Positions 1-13,086 are shown, counted from the stretch's first letter. The stretch is DNA of 55,649 nt from Chromera velia (GCA_018398765.1 JAHBMJ010000134.1:1-55649), one strand, 5' to 3'. Made by a program: numbers and translations. Notes: generated by a model from the letters alone, not told the origin.

Positions 1-39
1 TATTGTTTGTTGTTTCGTATTGGCGTCGGTCTGATCTCT

Positions 40-260
40 GTCTGTGTCAAGGTCTTTGTGTCTTTGTCCTTTAGGTTGTGATTGTCTGTTTCTATGGGTA
101 TATGTGTCTGTGAATGCGTGTGTGTCTGTGTGTGTGTGCGGGGGTGGGGTGGGGTGGGGTGGGTGTGGGGGTGGGTGTGTGTGGGAGTGGGGGTGGGCGT
201 GTGTGCGAGTGGGGGTGGGGGTGTGTGCGTGTGGGTATGTGTGTGTGTGTGTGTGCGTGT

Positions 261-296
<36 letters not shown>

Positions 297-315
297 ATGT
301 GTGTGTGTGTCTCTC

Positions 316-346
<31 letters not shown>

Positions 347-560
347 ATGACACTGTGCGTATTTGTGTGTTTGACTGTTTGTCTGTTTGTCTCTCTGTTC
401 GTGTGTCTGTTTGTCTCTCTGTTCGTGTGTCTGTTTGTATGTCTGTGTGCGTCTGTATGTGTGTGTGTGTGTTTGTGTTTATATGTTTGTGTGTGTTTGT
501 CTCTGTGTCTGTGTGTCTGTTTGTGTGTTTCTAAAGCGGCAGGATGTGTGTGTGTATATC
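40..560. repeat. (TG)n-dominated microsatellite / low-complexity tract
   Basis: Long TG dinucleotide runs with TGTC/TGGGG variants; overlapping ORFs translate to CV/HT repeats. Confidence 0.95.
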
Positions 561-2979
561 TGAAACCATAGTGAAACGTGATTATCAACAGTTTGAAAAA
601 TATGAAAAAAAAACTTTTTCAAAAGTTGTATTCATTTTAGTGTAGTTTGTTTAGGTATTGCACAAACGCAAAACATGAAAAACAACTAATAATTGTTTAA
701 TTGTTTTTCAAGTGTCTCCGCAAAAGCCATTTACCTACCATTTGACAAAAACCCCGATCATCATTTTATATAGTAAGAAGGCCTAACGCGGAAGGAATCA
801 ATTAATCAACCAGTCAATTTTAAAATCAGTCCCTTTAAAAGATATACAATTCAACGTTTTCTCTTAAACTCAACTATAAATCGACTATTTAACATTGGGC
901 ACAGTTTTTTTAAAAACTATTAAAAACTGCATACAATTATAAGTCTGCCATTATCTCGGAGTAATATCTTCTATTCAGCAGTTAGCGGGGAGAAAGTCAT
1001 TCTTTCATCCTAAGACTAGTTAGACTTTCTTAAATATACATGTTTTTTGTTAGTTGTTGGCTCAAAAGTACTCGAAAGCCTCAAAAAGGGGGTACACCGC
1101 ATATGCAAACTACAATTAAATCCACATAAGAGTACACCACATATGTAAACTGATGATTGAGGGTTTTTTCATGTGTGCCGCGTCCCCATATATGAGAGGC
1201 GGATCTAACCTACTTTATCGATTTGTTCTATCCTACGACTACCAGCGACGAAAATAGGCGTGACTTCGATCATCCTGATACAGCTGATTAATCGCGGCCT
1301 CACAACAGGTTGGACATATGTAAACTACAATTAAAACTGCATCTGCATATGGCACCACATCGTCCTTCACTCTACTTCATTCATCTTAAAACTTAACACT
1401 AGTTAAGGCTTTACTCATTAATCCTAACACTATTTAAGTATGTTTAAGACTTCGTTTTTCTTTTTTTATTTGTTGTTGGCTCGAAAGCCTCAAAGGGTAC
1501 ACCGCACAACCCAATGTGTAAGGGGAAGGCGACACGTGAGAAGGCCTGTGAGCAAGCCCACAGGACCAACTCCCCTAAAAAAATTGTTGTGACAAAAGTG
1601 GGTCCATTCGGACCCATATCAGCTGTCACACTGATAAGAACAGATACTACACTTGATCATAGCCAAAAGGCCGAGAAGGTATGGAGATTGAGCGGCAGAG
1701 CTAGGGGGGGGGGCCGAAATTCGGTTTTTCGTAGGAAAAAAAAAACATGCACCAGACAAAGTGACCGCGCGCGGAGACGTCGAGACATCGTCGAGACAGC
1801 ATGCCTTCTTTTCTCGTTTCCTCACCATTTCCCCCGTTCAAATGTTCGACTTCTCTTGTTCATTTATGTCTTTCTTCGCTCCAGGTGCCAACTGAGACAG
1901 ATACTTGGGGTACGTGAGGCTCTCCTGAAACAAGTCTGCTTTTGTTCTCGGATTGAGCGGCACGCACTGTTTTTCGAGCCGGGCTGCACTGGGTGACTCT
2001 TTCGATCTCTGCCTTCTGAGACGTCCGACAATCCGAACAAGGCTCTCAGCAGGATTTGCCCTTTTCTGCATGTTCAAGACAATGTCATCAACAGCTTCTC
2101 TGATCAGCATTCATTGAAAACACAGAAGGTTTACAGTCAGTAAGGACATTTGAAGAAGTCCTCTTCCTCTCTCTCACCAGGTCACCCGTCTCCCGCCTTC
2201 TTTGTCGCGCACGGGTTCTCCAGTAATGCGGAGGTTACACTGCAATTGCTTCAAGCACGTGGCTTCATGGGACTTCCAGACACCTTTCATTTGTTCTCAC
2301 CTGAAAAGGGTGGAGAGAAGGACTGGAGGCAACCTCAAGTCTTTCCCATCTCATGCAGGAACCTCAGCCTCCACCACCACCGTGATCGAATGACGCCCTT
2401 CTGGTATTGAGCGCCTCCTTCACCCTTTTGCCTCCAGAATCTGTCGGTCTAGTCGTTTCCACCTGTTTCTTTTCCCCTTTATTTCTGTCCCTCTCTGGCC
2501 TTGAAAGTTTCTTCCGCCCTCAATCTCTCCTGATCTCTTTCTCTTCTGCCCGTTGCTCTGCTTCACACTTCCTTTCTTTCCTGTACGCCCTCCGCAAGTT
2601 CTTCTTTGCAAGCTCTGTTGCCTTCTTTGTCTTTCGCTCGTCGAACCTCTTCATAGCAGATGCTCCTGTATCTCGGCTTCCACGCTCTCCTTTTCCTGTA
2701 CAGCTCCTAACTCGTGAAATGAAATCCTCCTCTTTGCCAGCTCTTCCCTTCCCTTCCTTGCCCCTCTCACATCTCTCCCCCCCATTCTTTTGCTTCTCAA
2801 AGAACGGGGGCGCAACAAAGAACGGAGAAGAGGAAGCTTGCGTCGTAAAGGAAGGGGACAGCAAACAAAAACGAAGAGCCGAATGGGTGAATGCACGGAC
2901 TCGAGGCAACACGAGGAAAGAGAGAAATGAAGGAACGAATGAACAAAAGCGGGAAGGAGGAACGAAATGGCGGAGAGAG

Positions 2980-3210
2980 GAAAGGGAGGAAGCTAAGGAG
3001 GAAGCAAGGGAGGAACAGGAAAGGAGCGAACTTCAAGGAAGGAAGGAAGGAAAGAAGGAAGAAGGGAAGGAAGGAAGGAAGGAAAGAAGGAAAGAAAGAA
3101 AGAAAGAAAGAAAGAACGAAAGAACGAAAGAAAGACAGAAAGACAGAACGAAAGAACGAACGAACGAAAGAACGAACGAATGAACGAACGAACGAAAGAA
3201 AGAAAGAAAG
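2980..3210. repeat. Purine-rich (GAAG/GAAA/GAAC)n microsatellite
   Basis: Tandem tetranucleotide repeats read directly from the sequence. Confidence 0.9.
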
Positions 3211-4411
3211 GCGTCCCCTCCATATCGCCTTTGCCCCTTCTCGTTTCCCTCCCCATCGGGTGTTCGTTCGTCTCTTCGGAGTGCGTCGTCACGCTTCGGG
3301 AAAGGGGGCGGTGGGGAGGTCAGAACGCGACCCATCGGCGACGCCACACCAAATTCTCTCTCCCTGTCGGTCTGACGGAACCCCCGGGGCGTTCTGCTCT
3401 GGTCCGGAGGGCGGGTGTGTGGAGACGTTCTCGAGTCAGCCGGGCAGCCCCTGCATGCATGTCCGAGTGTTACAAGAGAACAACAACGTATGACAACGAG
3501 TTTTTTTTTATTCTATTCATTCATCATCTCCAGAGAGGGAGGCTCACTTTTTGAAACATTCGTGCGACTGTCTGTCGTTCTCCGACCTTGTGAGTCTCTC
3601 TCGATCAACAGTCTGCACTGATTGAGTGAGGAAGCGAAAAGAAAGAAAGAAAGAAAGAAAGAACGAACGAACGAAAGAAAGAAAGAAGAGATTCACGCAA
3701 GATCGTCATGCAGACGCGAGTCACTCAAACGACATGTCTCCTCGCTCCCTCTACCTCCACATCGCATGACTTCGACATGAAAGCTTCTTGTGTCCCTGCT
3801 GCGGGCGGTGTTTCCTTTCTTTTTGGTCTTCTGCGTCCCTGCTGTCCTGTCTCTCTCATCCTTCTCTTGCTTGTTTTCCTCGACCCCCCCCCTTTTTCAA
3901 TTTGTACGTGTTCATCCATCCATGCATGCATGCATCCTGCCCTCTTTCCTCCTCCCTCCGTGTCCGGAAGGAAGGCAACAGGAATCGGCCCTCCCGCCGC
4001 CCTTCGTGAAAAGAAAAGAACCTGCCTGCCACCCGTGGATGGATTTGGTGAGGAGGTCAGTGGGTCCAGCGGTCTGCCTTCCAGAGGCAGAAAAAAAAAG
4101 CAATTCTCTCCAGTCTGCAGAATCGATTCCTCTCCAGTAGCTGAAGCTTGCAGAGGGACAGAAGGCAAAACAAGAAATGCGCTTTCTTTCTTTTTCAGCG
4201 CCATTCCATGTGGAGAGAGGAACAGAAGGGTCTTTTCTTTCTCTTAAGGAAACAGGCGATGATGACGCACATTCTTCCTGTGTCTCCGTATGAGTCTCCC
4301 ACCACAACATGGAATGGGGGACTTCTATGGGGAAAAGTAGAATGATTGGAGCTGGTCTGACGCCTACCTGACTACAAAGATCAAAGAAACCTCAATCAAC
4401 ACGCACGCGCG

Positions 4412-4478
<67 letters not shown>

Positions 4479-6245
4479 GCATTTGTGGACACATCCGGCA
4501 ACTCTGCTTTCCTCCTCCCTTTTTCCTTTCTGCATGCACGTGACCATCGAAACTGGGTCGACCGTCTCTCTTGCCGTTTCGTTGCATGCAGGCGGCAGAG
4601 AAGCTGACGGCGCTGCTGGCTGGTAGGATGGATGGATGGATGGATGTGCCTTTTGTTTGTGTTCTGGTTACTGGCTCTGTGGATTTCCTCGCGTCTCTGT
4701 CTCTGATCTCTGTGGGGAGGGGGCCTCTCCGGCTGGAGACGAGACGAGCTCTTTCTTTCTTTTCCTTCTTTCTTTCTTTCTTTCTTTCTTTCTTTTGTTT
4801 CTTTTCACCGACGTGGAGGCCGAGCCCTCTGGTGCTCAGAAGAGAGGTCAGTGTTTCTGCGTTCTTTTTTTTTTAGTGAAAACGAAAGAAACAAGGACGG
4901 CTGGAAGGAAACCCTTTCAAAAAAGAGCACAAAAGAGGAGCACGAAGAAGGCGGAGAAGGGACGGGAAGTAAGCAAGAAAGAGAGAGGACGAAAGAAGAA
5001 GAACGACAAAGAAAGAAGTCCAATGATGATCACAAAAATTAATGACAAGCATATGTCTGAGGAGACTCCCACACAAGGGGGTGTCCTTGAAGTCATCAAG
5101 GAACCTGATGGACTTTCTTTTCTTTCTTGATTGTTCTCTCTCTTCTTCTCTGTTGGTGTTTGCTTTCTCTTTCGTTCATTGGTCTTGGAGTTTTGGCCCT
5201 TGAAAGAAAAAACGGAGACAGACAGAGACGGCATGAGGGAGGAAGGGGAGGGAGTGCATTTGTTTGTTTGTTCGTTTGTTTGAGGGGGGATCAGGGGGGG
5301 TCTGGTGGTCCTTCCCCCCCATGCACTCACTCACTCCTATACCCACCCGTGCGTGGAGGGAGGAATTCAGCGTCCGTCATTCCAAGAATTAATTGCAGAA
5401 ACGTCTCTCTCTGCATGATCGTTGGTGAACGAACGCTTTAACGGGCTTAATTGCTTGCAGGTACTGACGTCAGGCTGGCTGCCGATCGATCCATGCAGGC
5501 GTCTCCTGACTGATTGCAGTGCGGATGGCGTCTCCGTCTGCTGCTGCGGGGTTTTCTTCTCTAGCTGTCTTCTCTGCATCCTTGGGTGCGGCTGCGGTTG
5601 AGGAGGGGCATGCAGGCGGGGAGGGGGGAGGAGGAAGTGCGGGCGGAGGGGGGGGTGACCGAGGGAGACTTCGTGCCCCGAGTGTGTATGGAGGGGTGCG
5701 GCTCGGAGGGGCTGCCTTGGTTTCGGGTCGTCATTTGGTGTCGTCCACCAGGAAGGAATCGCGGCGCCTCTTCGTTCGTTCAGTTTATTTGTCGATTGGC
5801 CCCTCGTCCGAATGAATGAATGAATGCATGCATGCATGAATGCATGAATGAAGGAAGGAAGGAAGGAAGGCTCCTCCGTTGCGTGCTCGTGCCGCGTCGT
5901 TTGTTTCGCCTCCTGCTAGTTTGGGTGTGGTGGCTCTCCCTCTGCCCGGGGAAGTGTTCCTGTTCCTCTGGGTGGCCGGAAGGAAGTAGCCTGCCTCTTC
6001 AGCTAGTAGACAGGAGGGGAGCCTGCCTGCCTGGCTGCATGGATGGATGGATGGGAGAGTCTGCCTGTTCGTGAGTGAAAAAGATTCATGCAGGCGGAGG
6101 TAAAAGAAATAGGTGAAGTCGGGGAGCTCTCTCTGTTGCGATGTCTGCGTGGGACTCCCTTCAAGATCCTTCGAGGAGCCAGGCACCTTCCAGTACAGCT
6201 TTAAAGCCAGGTATGCGTGCATATTAGAAATGTTGTCAAGTACAT

Positions 6246-6708
6246 CCCTGCAGGTAGCCAGGATTTTGCGGGATTTTAGCCCAGGATTTTAGCGGATTTT
6301 ACGGGATTTTGGCCAGGATTTTAGCGGATTTTGCCCAGGATTCTGCCGGACTCTTAACGTTAAAAATATAATCCCTACACCTAGGATTTTAGAATCTAAA
6401 ATCCTGGAAGAAAGCTAAAATCCTAGCCTCTTCCTAGGATTTTACGGGATTATACGGGATTTTACGAGATTTTACGGGAAAGATATAATCCCATAAAATC
6501 CTGGCATTCATTTCTAAAATCCTAGGATCCACGATTTTAGTCTTTATAATCCTTAGAGCCAGGCTTTTAGATTCTAAAATCCTGGAGAAATAGTCCGGCA
6601 GAATCCTGGGCAAAATCCGCTAAAATCCTGGCCAAAATCCTGTAAAATCCGCTAAAATCCTGGGCTCAGTGGGCTAAAATCCCGTAAAATCCTAGCTACC
6701 TGCAGGGA
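6246..6708. mobile_element. Non-autonomous DNA transposon (MITE) with ~110-bp terminal inverted repeats
   Basis: 6246-6352 is the reverse complement of 6592-6708 apart from a few substitutions and a 9-bp indel. Termini are CCCTGCAGGTAG...CTACCTGCAGGG, with AT on both sides (possible 2-bp TSD). Many GGATTTT/AAAATCC motifs; no ORF. Confidence 0.85.
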
Positions 6709-6838
6709 TGTGAAAGAAAACAATGAAAGATGAAAAGGTCTGTCTCTTTTCCTCGTAATCTCAGACTGGCTACCAGTCCGTCCGAAAGTGTCTGTTCACG
6801 ATCCTGTGAAGAGGGACAAGGACAAGAAACAATTAGCC

Positions 6839-7096
6839 TGTTACGGACCTTTAGACCTAGACTCGATTTGGTCCTTAGAATAATACAGAGAATTAATAGC
6901 ATTAAATACACACTGTAATATAAAGGCATGCACGTCTGTATCTCAGCCTTTGCAATACAGATTGATTGAGCCTGTTAGAAGGACCGAGTCTTTCCTGATC
7001 GATAGAGAAGGCTCTTGCGTGTCTGACAGATTCCCTGTATGTAGAACTTATGTGTGTGAGTTGATTCCTAAGTTCTAGACAGTTTAAGGTAGAACA
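6839..7096 (+). repeat. 5' LTR
   Basis: TGTTACGG...GTAGAACA; 11 differences from the 3' copy by manual alignment. Followed by the PBS-like TGGTCAGCAGAGC (7098-7110), which resembles an initiator-Met PBS with one extra C. Confidence 0.95.
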
Positions 7097-7358
7097 TTGG
7101 TCAGCAGAGCTTCTGGTTACGACCGGGGAAGACAAAGTTCCCACAAGGAGCGGGTTGGGGTACAGGCTGTCAGAGGCGGGGGAGAGTTCTCCACTATCGA
7201 TCCCCTCTGTGCATCCTTGAGCAGAATCTCTAGACTTCAGTTCTGTTCCGTCTGTTGGCTCTCTGTTCTCGCCCACCCACAGTATCCGAGATTCCTCCAG
7301 CGAATCAGACTCAGTCCTATTCGATCTAGATTCTGAGCCACAACAGCAGCAAGCAGAC

Positions 7359-8314
7359 ATGAGGGATACAGTCAGATTTGACAAGCTTGAACAGATTGGG
7401 AAGGTCAAGCGAGTGACTACGGTCTTTATCCCAGGAAAAACAAACGGACAGGTCTGGTATACCACCTTTAATGCAAAGGCAGATGCGGGAAACCTAAATG
7501 TGAACGAGAAAAAACTGTTGCTGGTAGGTCACTTTGAAGATCCTGACCTTATCCTGTGGTGGAATGAAAACTCTGCTTCCACCACGGCTTCAGAGGAGGT
7601 TGACACCTTGTTCCTGGAAGCGCATGGCAGCACCGGTGTAACACAGGCGCACGCCGTCTACGGTATGGCTGACATGTGGCTGAACCTCGGAGATGACTAT
7701 GACGTATTCGTTGAATGATTCGTCAACGTCTACATCCAGACAAATCCAAACAGAAGAAGGAATGACAGAATCAGTTCCTTTATCAACGCGCTTTATCCCG
7801 AGCTCAGAGAAGAGCTGGAGATAGAACAGATCTACACCGATTGGGACCAATTAAAGAGGAGAGTCGGGTACCTCCATGCCAAGCAACAGAAGAAAGCAAG
7901 GGCTCGAATTGCGGGGGTGCAACAGAGAGACGAGAGAGATGAACTAGCCGAGTTACGGAAACGGCTCGATCAGTAAGCTGCTCAGATCACAGCTCTGAGA
8001 GGTCGCAGCCGTGGCCGTGGGGGATTTACCGACCGGGGGCGCGGTCGCGGTAGGGGTGGCTTCGGCTATTACCCCGTCTACCTGTCTCCCATGCATGGAC
8101 TCCGAGGCCATACATTTGGCACGTACGGTCGAGGTGGCTTCAATGGCTACTTCAGAGGCATGGAGGCATGAGAGGAAGAGGAGGCCACTACCAACAGTAT
8201 GGAGGCAACAACGGTTTCAACAATGGTCCCCCCCGTTGCTACACTTGCAACCAGCCTGGCCACAAGGCCTCAAATTGTCCTGGGCAGGGAAACGACCCGG
8301 GTGGATTGGCGTAG
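7359..8314 (+). pseudogene. gag: gag (disrupted) with RGG-rich segment and CCHC zinc knuckle
   Basis: Frame continues past TGA 7716-7718 and TAA 7974-7976; frameshift near 8160; CYTCNQPGHKASNC (CX2CX4HX4C) at 8237-8278; gag stop TAG 8312-8314. Confidence 0.85.
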
Positions 8315-8332
8315 AGGTTCCCCAGTCCACCC
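8287..8332 (+). promoter_or_regulatory. Programmed -1 ribosomal frameshift signal at the gag/pol junction
   Basis: Slippery heptamer G GGA AAC (8287-8293) in the gag frame, 5-nt spacer, then stem GGGTGGATTGG (8299-8309) pairing with CCAGTCCACCC (8322-8332); the -1 frame (ORF 8011-8556) is open. Confidence 0.75.
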
Positions 8333-8576
8333 AGCAGTTTGCGAAGCCTCGTCCTCTCCCGATTCCCCCGTGTGTGCGTGTAAAAAAGAAACATGTAGAC
8401 TGTGAGCGAGAGGATGACAATGAGAAAGGAAGAGTCCCGAAGTCGCAGGTTTCTCAGTCGCCTGTGTCCTTCCCTTCTCCGGCAGAGCATGCAGACAGAC
8501 AGACCGACTTTGAACAAGCAAATTCAGAGAAAATGGAGGCAGAGATGGCGCAGTAAAGGTCGGTCCCAGGCTTTTC

Positions 8577-11500
8577 GTGACAATGTTGCTGTTTGGTAAG
8601 CCTGTGTCTGTCCTTATTGACACAGGAGCGGAAACTTCGTTCATTGATGTGAATATGACCTTGCATGCTGATGCAAATGTCGACAAGCCCACGGTGGGTC
8701 TATCTACAGTGGGACAGATGGGCGTGTCGGTGGTGGGGGAGATTACGGCCAAGTTTTCTCACCTTTCCCTACCTAAAAAAGTATTCCCACACCGCCTGAC
8801 CATCACAGAAGACTCGGGGTATGAAGCAGTCTTGGGGCAAGACTTTTTGAAGCTGTTGGACCCAGTAGTACAGTACCACTACTGTGAAGACCGTCTGAAC
8901 ATTGCGGACCTCCCCTCCTTCAAAGTCTGGTTCGAGGATGGGAGGAAACCGATGCGTGTCTCCGCCTTCACGCGCATGAAAGTCCCTAAAAGAGCGAGGG
9001 CTCTTGTGTGTATGCAGGTTGAGGGGATGGAAGGGGAGGAGACGGTCATTTTGAGAAGGAATTACCCGAGGAGGTTTCCGGAACTTGCCATCCCGGACCA
9101 AGTAGTAGACGTCAAAGCTAGAGTCGCCACAGTAGAAGTCATGAACATCGCCACCAACCTCATTCGCCTAGGACCGAATTCACTCCTGACTTTTACAGAG
9201 CCGTTCTCTCATGTGTCATCCGTTGCAGCAGTCATCACCAACGCTCCTGCCTCTGCCTATACACAGCAACCGCCGATTCCCAAGAAAGAAGACTCGCCTG
9301 TCTCTCCCCCTCCCTCGCAGAAGCTTCCGCCCGTGGATCTCTCTCACCTGTCATGCGAGTTGAGGGAGAGATACGAGGGGGTCCTTCAAGAATATTCCGA
9401 TCTCTGGTCTTGCTCTCGTTTCGACATTGGAGAGCTGAGAGTGGATGGAAAGCCTTTCGAGGTGACCATTCCTACTGGAGATTCCCCTCCCATTCGCTGG
9501 AACCAAGACAGAATCCCGTACCACCAGAGAGAGCATATGAAAAAGGAGTTGCAAGAGGTGGAAGAAGGGGGAGTGATTCATCCCTCCACTTCTCGATGGG
9601 CCGCCCCAGTCGTTCTAATCAAGAAACCAGATGGGACGACCCATTTCTGTCTAGATTTCCGCAAACTAAATCAAGCCACCAAGAGAGATCTTTTTCCCCT
9701 CCCCCAAATTCAAGAGACACTCGACCGCCTTGCAGGAGTCAAGGTGTTTTCAGCACTTGATTACACCTCTGGCTTCCAGCAACTCCACATGTACCCCGAC
9801 CACGCAGAGAAAACCGCCTTCGTCACTCTGTTTGGACTTTACGAATTCACCAAGATGCCCTTTAGGTTGGTGAATGCCCCTTCTATTTTCTAGAGAGCCA
9901 TGAATTTGGTTCTTGCAGGTCTGTTCAGAGACCTCGCTCTCGTTTATGTCGACGACATCATCGTCTTCAGCCGATCTCATGATGAGCACATCCAGGACTT
10001 GAGGGAGGTTTTGAATTTGGTGAGGAAAACAAATTTGAAGCTCAAACTCGAGAAGGCACAGATTGCCATGACAGAGGTAGAGTATTTGGGACATACGGTA
10101 TCAGAAAAGGGGGTGAGACCGAGCAGAAAGAACATCCGGAAAATTCTGCAGTGGGAGCCACCGCAGGACAGGAAGGAGCTCTGCTCTTTTCTGTATCTGT
10201 GCTCCTACTACCGTCATTTTATTGCAGGTTTTGCTCGTCTCTCCTTCCCTCTCTTTCAGATGTTGCTTCCTGCAGATGAGCAAGGCAGACCGGTCCCGTT
10301 TGTTTGGAATGGAGAAAACGAGGAAATTTTTGGGGAGTTGAAAGAGAGGCTGACGACCCCTCCGATTCTCGGCTTCCCAGACATGAGCCTGCCATTCAGG
10401 GTGAAACCTAGGGTGAAACCGAACCTAGAACCGGATGCATGTGAAGTGTCTGTGGGAGGCGTGCTCACGCAGATGCAGAAGGGAAGGGAAGTGATAATTA
10501 CGTACGTCAGTAGGGGGTTGAGTGTGGCAGAAAAAAATTATAGCCCCACCAAGAGGGAGGCCTTGGGGGCTGTCTACTGCTGCAAGCAGTGGAGGCATTA
10601 CCTATTTGGGGGGGCAGTGTATGTGATCACGGATCACAAACCGAATTTAGCGATGTCCGACCACAAAGTAGCGAACAAAAGGGTACACAACTGGGCGTTG
10701 GAGTTGCAAGAGTACAGGTTGACGTTCGTTCACAAGGTGAGAAAGGAACATGTGGACGCAGACGCCGTTTCATGACAGCCACAGCCTCCCCCGTCTCTTC
10801 CTGTCTCCGTAGATAGCGGGGTCCCTTTATGCCATCACTGCAATCAGCCTGCTGACGGTAGCAAGGAGATTCGATCTAGCATGGCTGCCGCCCTGGCAGG
10901 TATGCAGGCAGGTGTGTCCCCTTTACAGGTTGAGAAGGGCTTTCTAGACCATGTGAAGGAGGAGTTGCCGAGAGACCCCTTGTTGAAAGATCATTTCAAA
11001 TACTTTGCAGAGGGGGTATTGCCTTGGGAGGCAAAGAAGGCGAAGCAAATTCTGTTGGAGGAAAGTGCATTTGAAGAGAGAAGAGGTTTATTATACAGGT
11101 ACGAAGGAAGGGGGACGGAAAGGAAAGAACAGTTGGTGGTGCCTGAGGCGTGCAGAAAGACGGTTTAAATTTTGTGATGAATCACGATCACCAGTTGGGG
11201 GGGTACCCAGGGGCAAATCGGCTGACAGAGAAGACTCTCCTACATTTTTGGTGGCCAGGTTTGAGAGCAGACGCGAGGGAGTGGGTCGCTTCCTGCCGAG
11301 AATGCAGGGAGAGGCTCAAACCAAAAGCAAAAAGAGCACCCCAGACTGTGCCTGTGCCTCCCCGTCCTTGGCACACGCTCGGCATTGATGTGTCAGGGCA
11401 CTTTCCCACGAGCAGGAGGGGAAACAGATTTGTGCTCGTTGTGACAGACCATTTTGGAAAGGACGGGAAAGGATGTGGAGACGTTTGCCCGCCCTAAGCT

Positions 11501-12623
11501 GCCCGCTCATCTCGTAGCACAAATTTTGGTTGATGAGATTTTCTGCAGGCATGGTCCCTTTGAGGTTCTCCTCTCAGATAGGGGAACGAATTTCCTGGTA
11601 GAAATCGTGAGTGAGGTGTCGAAGATTTTGAGAGTGAGGAGGAAGGTAACAGCAGGGTACCACCCTCAATGCACGGGACTGACAGAAAGATACAATCAGA
11701 CGTGGGAGCAAGGGGTTAGAAAGCAGTTGAGAGCAGAGAACGAGCTTGATTGGGATCTGTATTTGCAGCCCTTCAATTTCTCATACCGGATGACCGCGCA
11801 TTCCGAGACTGGATTGACCCCATTCCAGTTGACCCATGGGTACTATGAGCCGACCCATATACTGCGAGTAGAGCCCGTCTCGTCAGAGACCCGTTCCCCT
11901 CCGGTAGCTTACAACGACTACTATAGCGTGATCCGTCAGAACAGGTTGGAGTTGATTGAGATGGCACAAGCCAGGATGGAGAAATCGAGGTAAGAGAGAG
12001 AGTGGAAGAACCCGCCCCCTTAGAAGAGCAAATTCAGAGTAGGGGATCAGGTGTTGGTGTGAAAGCCTGTCAATCTGCTCACAGGTAGAGTGGATGGAGG
12101 AAAGTTTATAAAAAAGTTGGAAGGGATTTATCTGGTTGTTTCCCTTCCGGATGGATGGCCCCACAACGCCGTTGTCAGGCAGTTGGGGGGAGGAAAGAGC
12201 ATGACGATCTCCACAGACAGATTGGAGTTATGGAAGATGGCAAAGGAAGTGAGAGAGGAGATGAAGGGGAGAAAGAGGGAGGAGAGAGAAATAGAGGAAG
12301 GGAGAGAGAAAAGCAAGAGAGCGGCGTCAGAGTCCGTATCGGATGTGATTAACAAGCTTAGCCTTAGAGAAGAGTGGCCGAGAGACAAGAAACCAGAGAG
12401 AGGGGAAGCGCTTCCCGAGTCGATGCAGGAAGAGAAGAGAGGAAAGAGAGTGAAGGCAGTTGAGGTGAAGTCGAGCAGAGAGAAGGATAGAAAGACGCAT
12501 TACAGAGTTGTCTACAATGATGGTTTGTTTTTGTGGCTGCCAGAGGATGAAGTGGGAGAGCCTAAGTTGGTGAATGAATTTGAAAGGAGTAAAGAAAGGA
12601 TTTTGCGTAGACGTAAAGACTAA
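8577..12623 (+). pseudogene. pol: pol polyprotein (protease, RT, RNase H, integrase, chromodomain-like tail), disrupted
   Basis: LIDTGAETSFI (protease); WAAPVVLIKKPDG and YVDDIIVFS (RT); DAC...KREALG...ITDHK (RNase H); zinc-binding-like region ending CREC and SDRGTNF/YHPQCTGLTER (integrase); FRVGDQVLV (GPY/F). Stops at 9891, 10773, 11991, 12021, 12060; frameshifts near 11165 and 11460. Confidence 0.95.
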
Positions 12624-12828
12624 CTGTCCGATCCTTTGTCCATGCATTTGAACGTTTTCTTTCCTTTTTCCATGCCCTTCCCGCCCGATCTTTTCACGTA
12701 TGTCGGCAGCGATCTGTAGCTCGTTGCTTGGTTTCTTTGGCTGCTGGGAGCGCCGGTGCAGACCAGAGTCATTGAGAAAAGTGAAGCAATAAATTGTGCG
12801 GGACGCACAATCTTGTGCGGGGTGTGGT

Positions 12829-13086
12829 TGTTACGGACCTTTGGACCTAGGCTCGATTTGGTCCTTAGAGTAATACAGAGAATTAATAGCATTAAATACA
12901 CACTGTAATACAAAGGCATGCACGTCTATATCTCAGCCTTTACAATACAAATTGATTGAGCCTGTTAGAAGGACCAAGTCTTTCCTGATCGATAGAGAAG
13001 GCTCTTGCGTGTCTGACAGATTCCCTGTATGTAGAACTTGTGTGTATGAGTTGATTCCTAAGTTCTAGAGAGTTTAAGGTAGAACA
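12829..13086 (+). repeat. 3' LTR
   Basis: Direct repeat of 6839-7096, preceded by G-rich GCGGGGTGTGGT (atypical PPT) and followed by TSD TAGCC. Confidence 0.95.

Larger units (their letters stand above)
6839..13086 (+). mobile_element. Full-length, decayed Ty3/Gypsy LTR retrotransposon
   Basis: Two 258-bp TG...CA LTRs; 5-bp TSD TAGCC (6834-6838, 13087-13091); domain order gag-PR-RT-RNase H-IN is Gypsy-type. Confidence 0.97.

Noticed and set aside
44..588. ORFs of CV/HT repeats (also at 23269-23700, 38754-39161, 39947-40318)
   Set aside because: Translations of microsatellites.
2407..3554. Long K/E/R-rich ORFs
   Set aside because: Arise from purine-rich simple repeats; no domain motifs.
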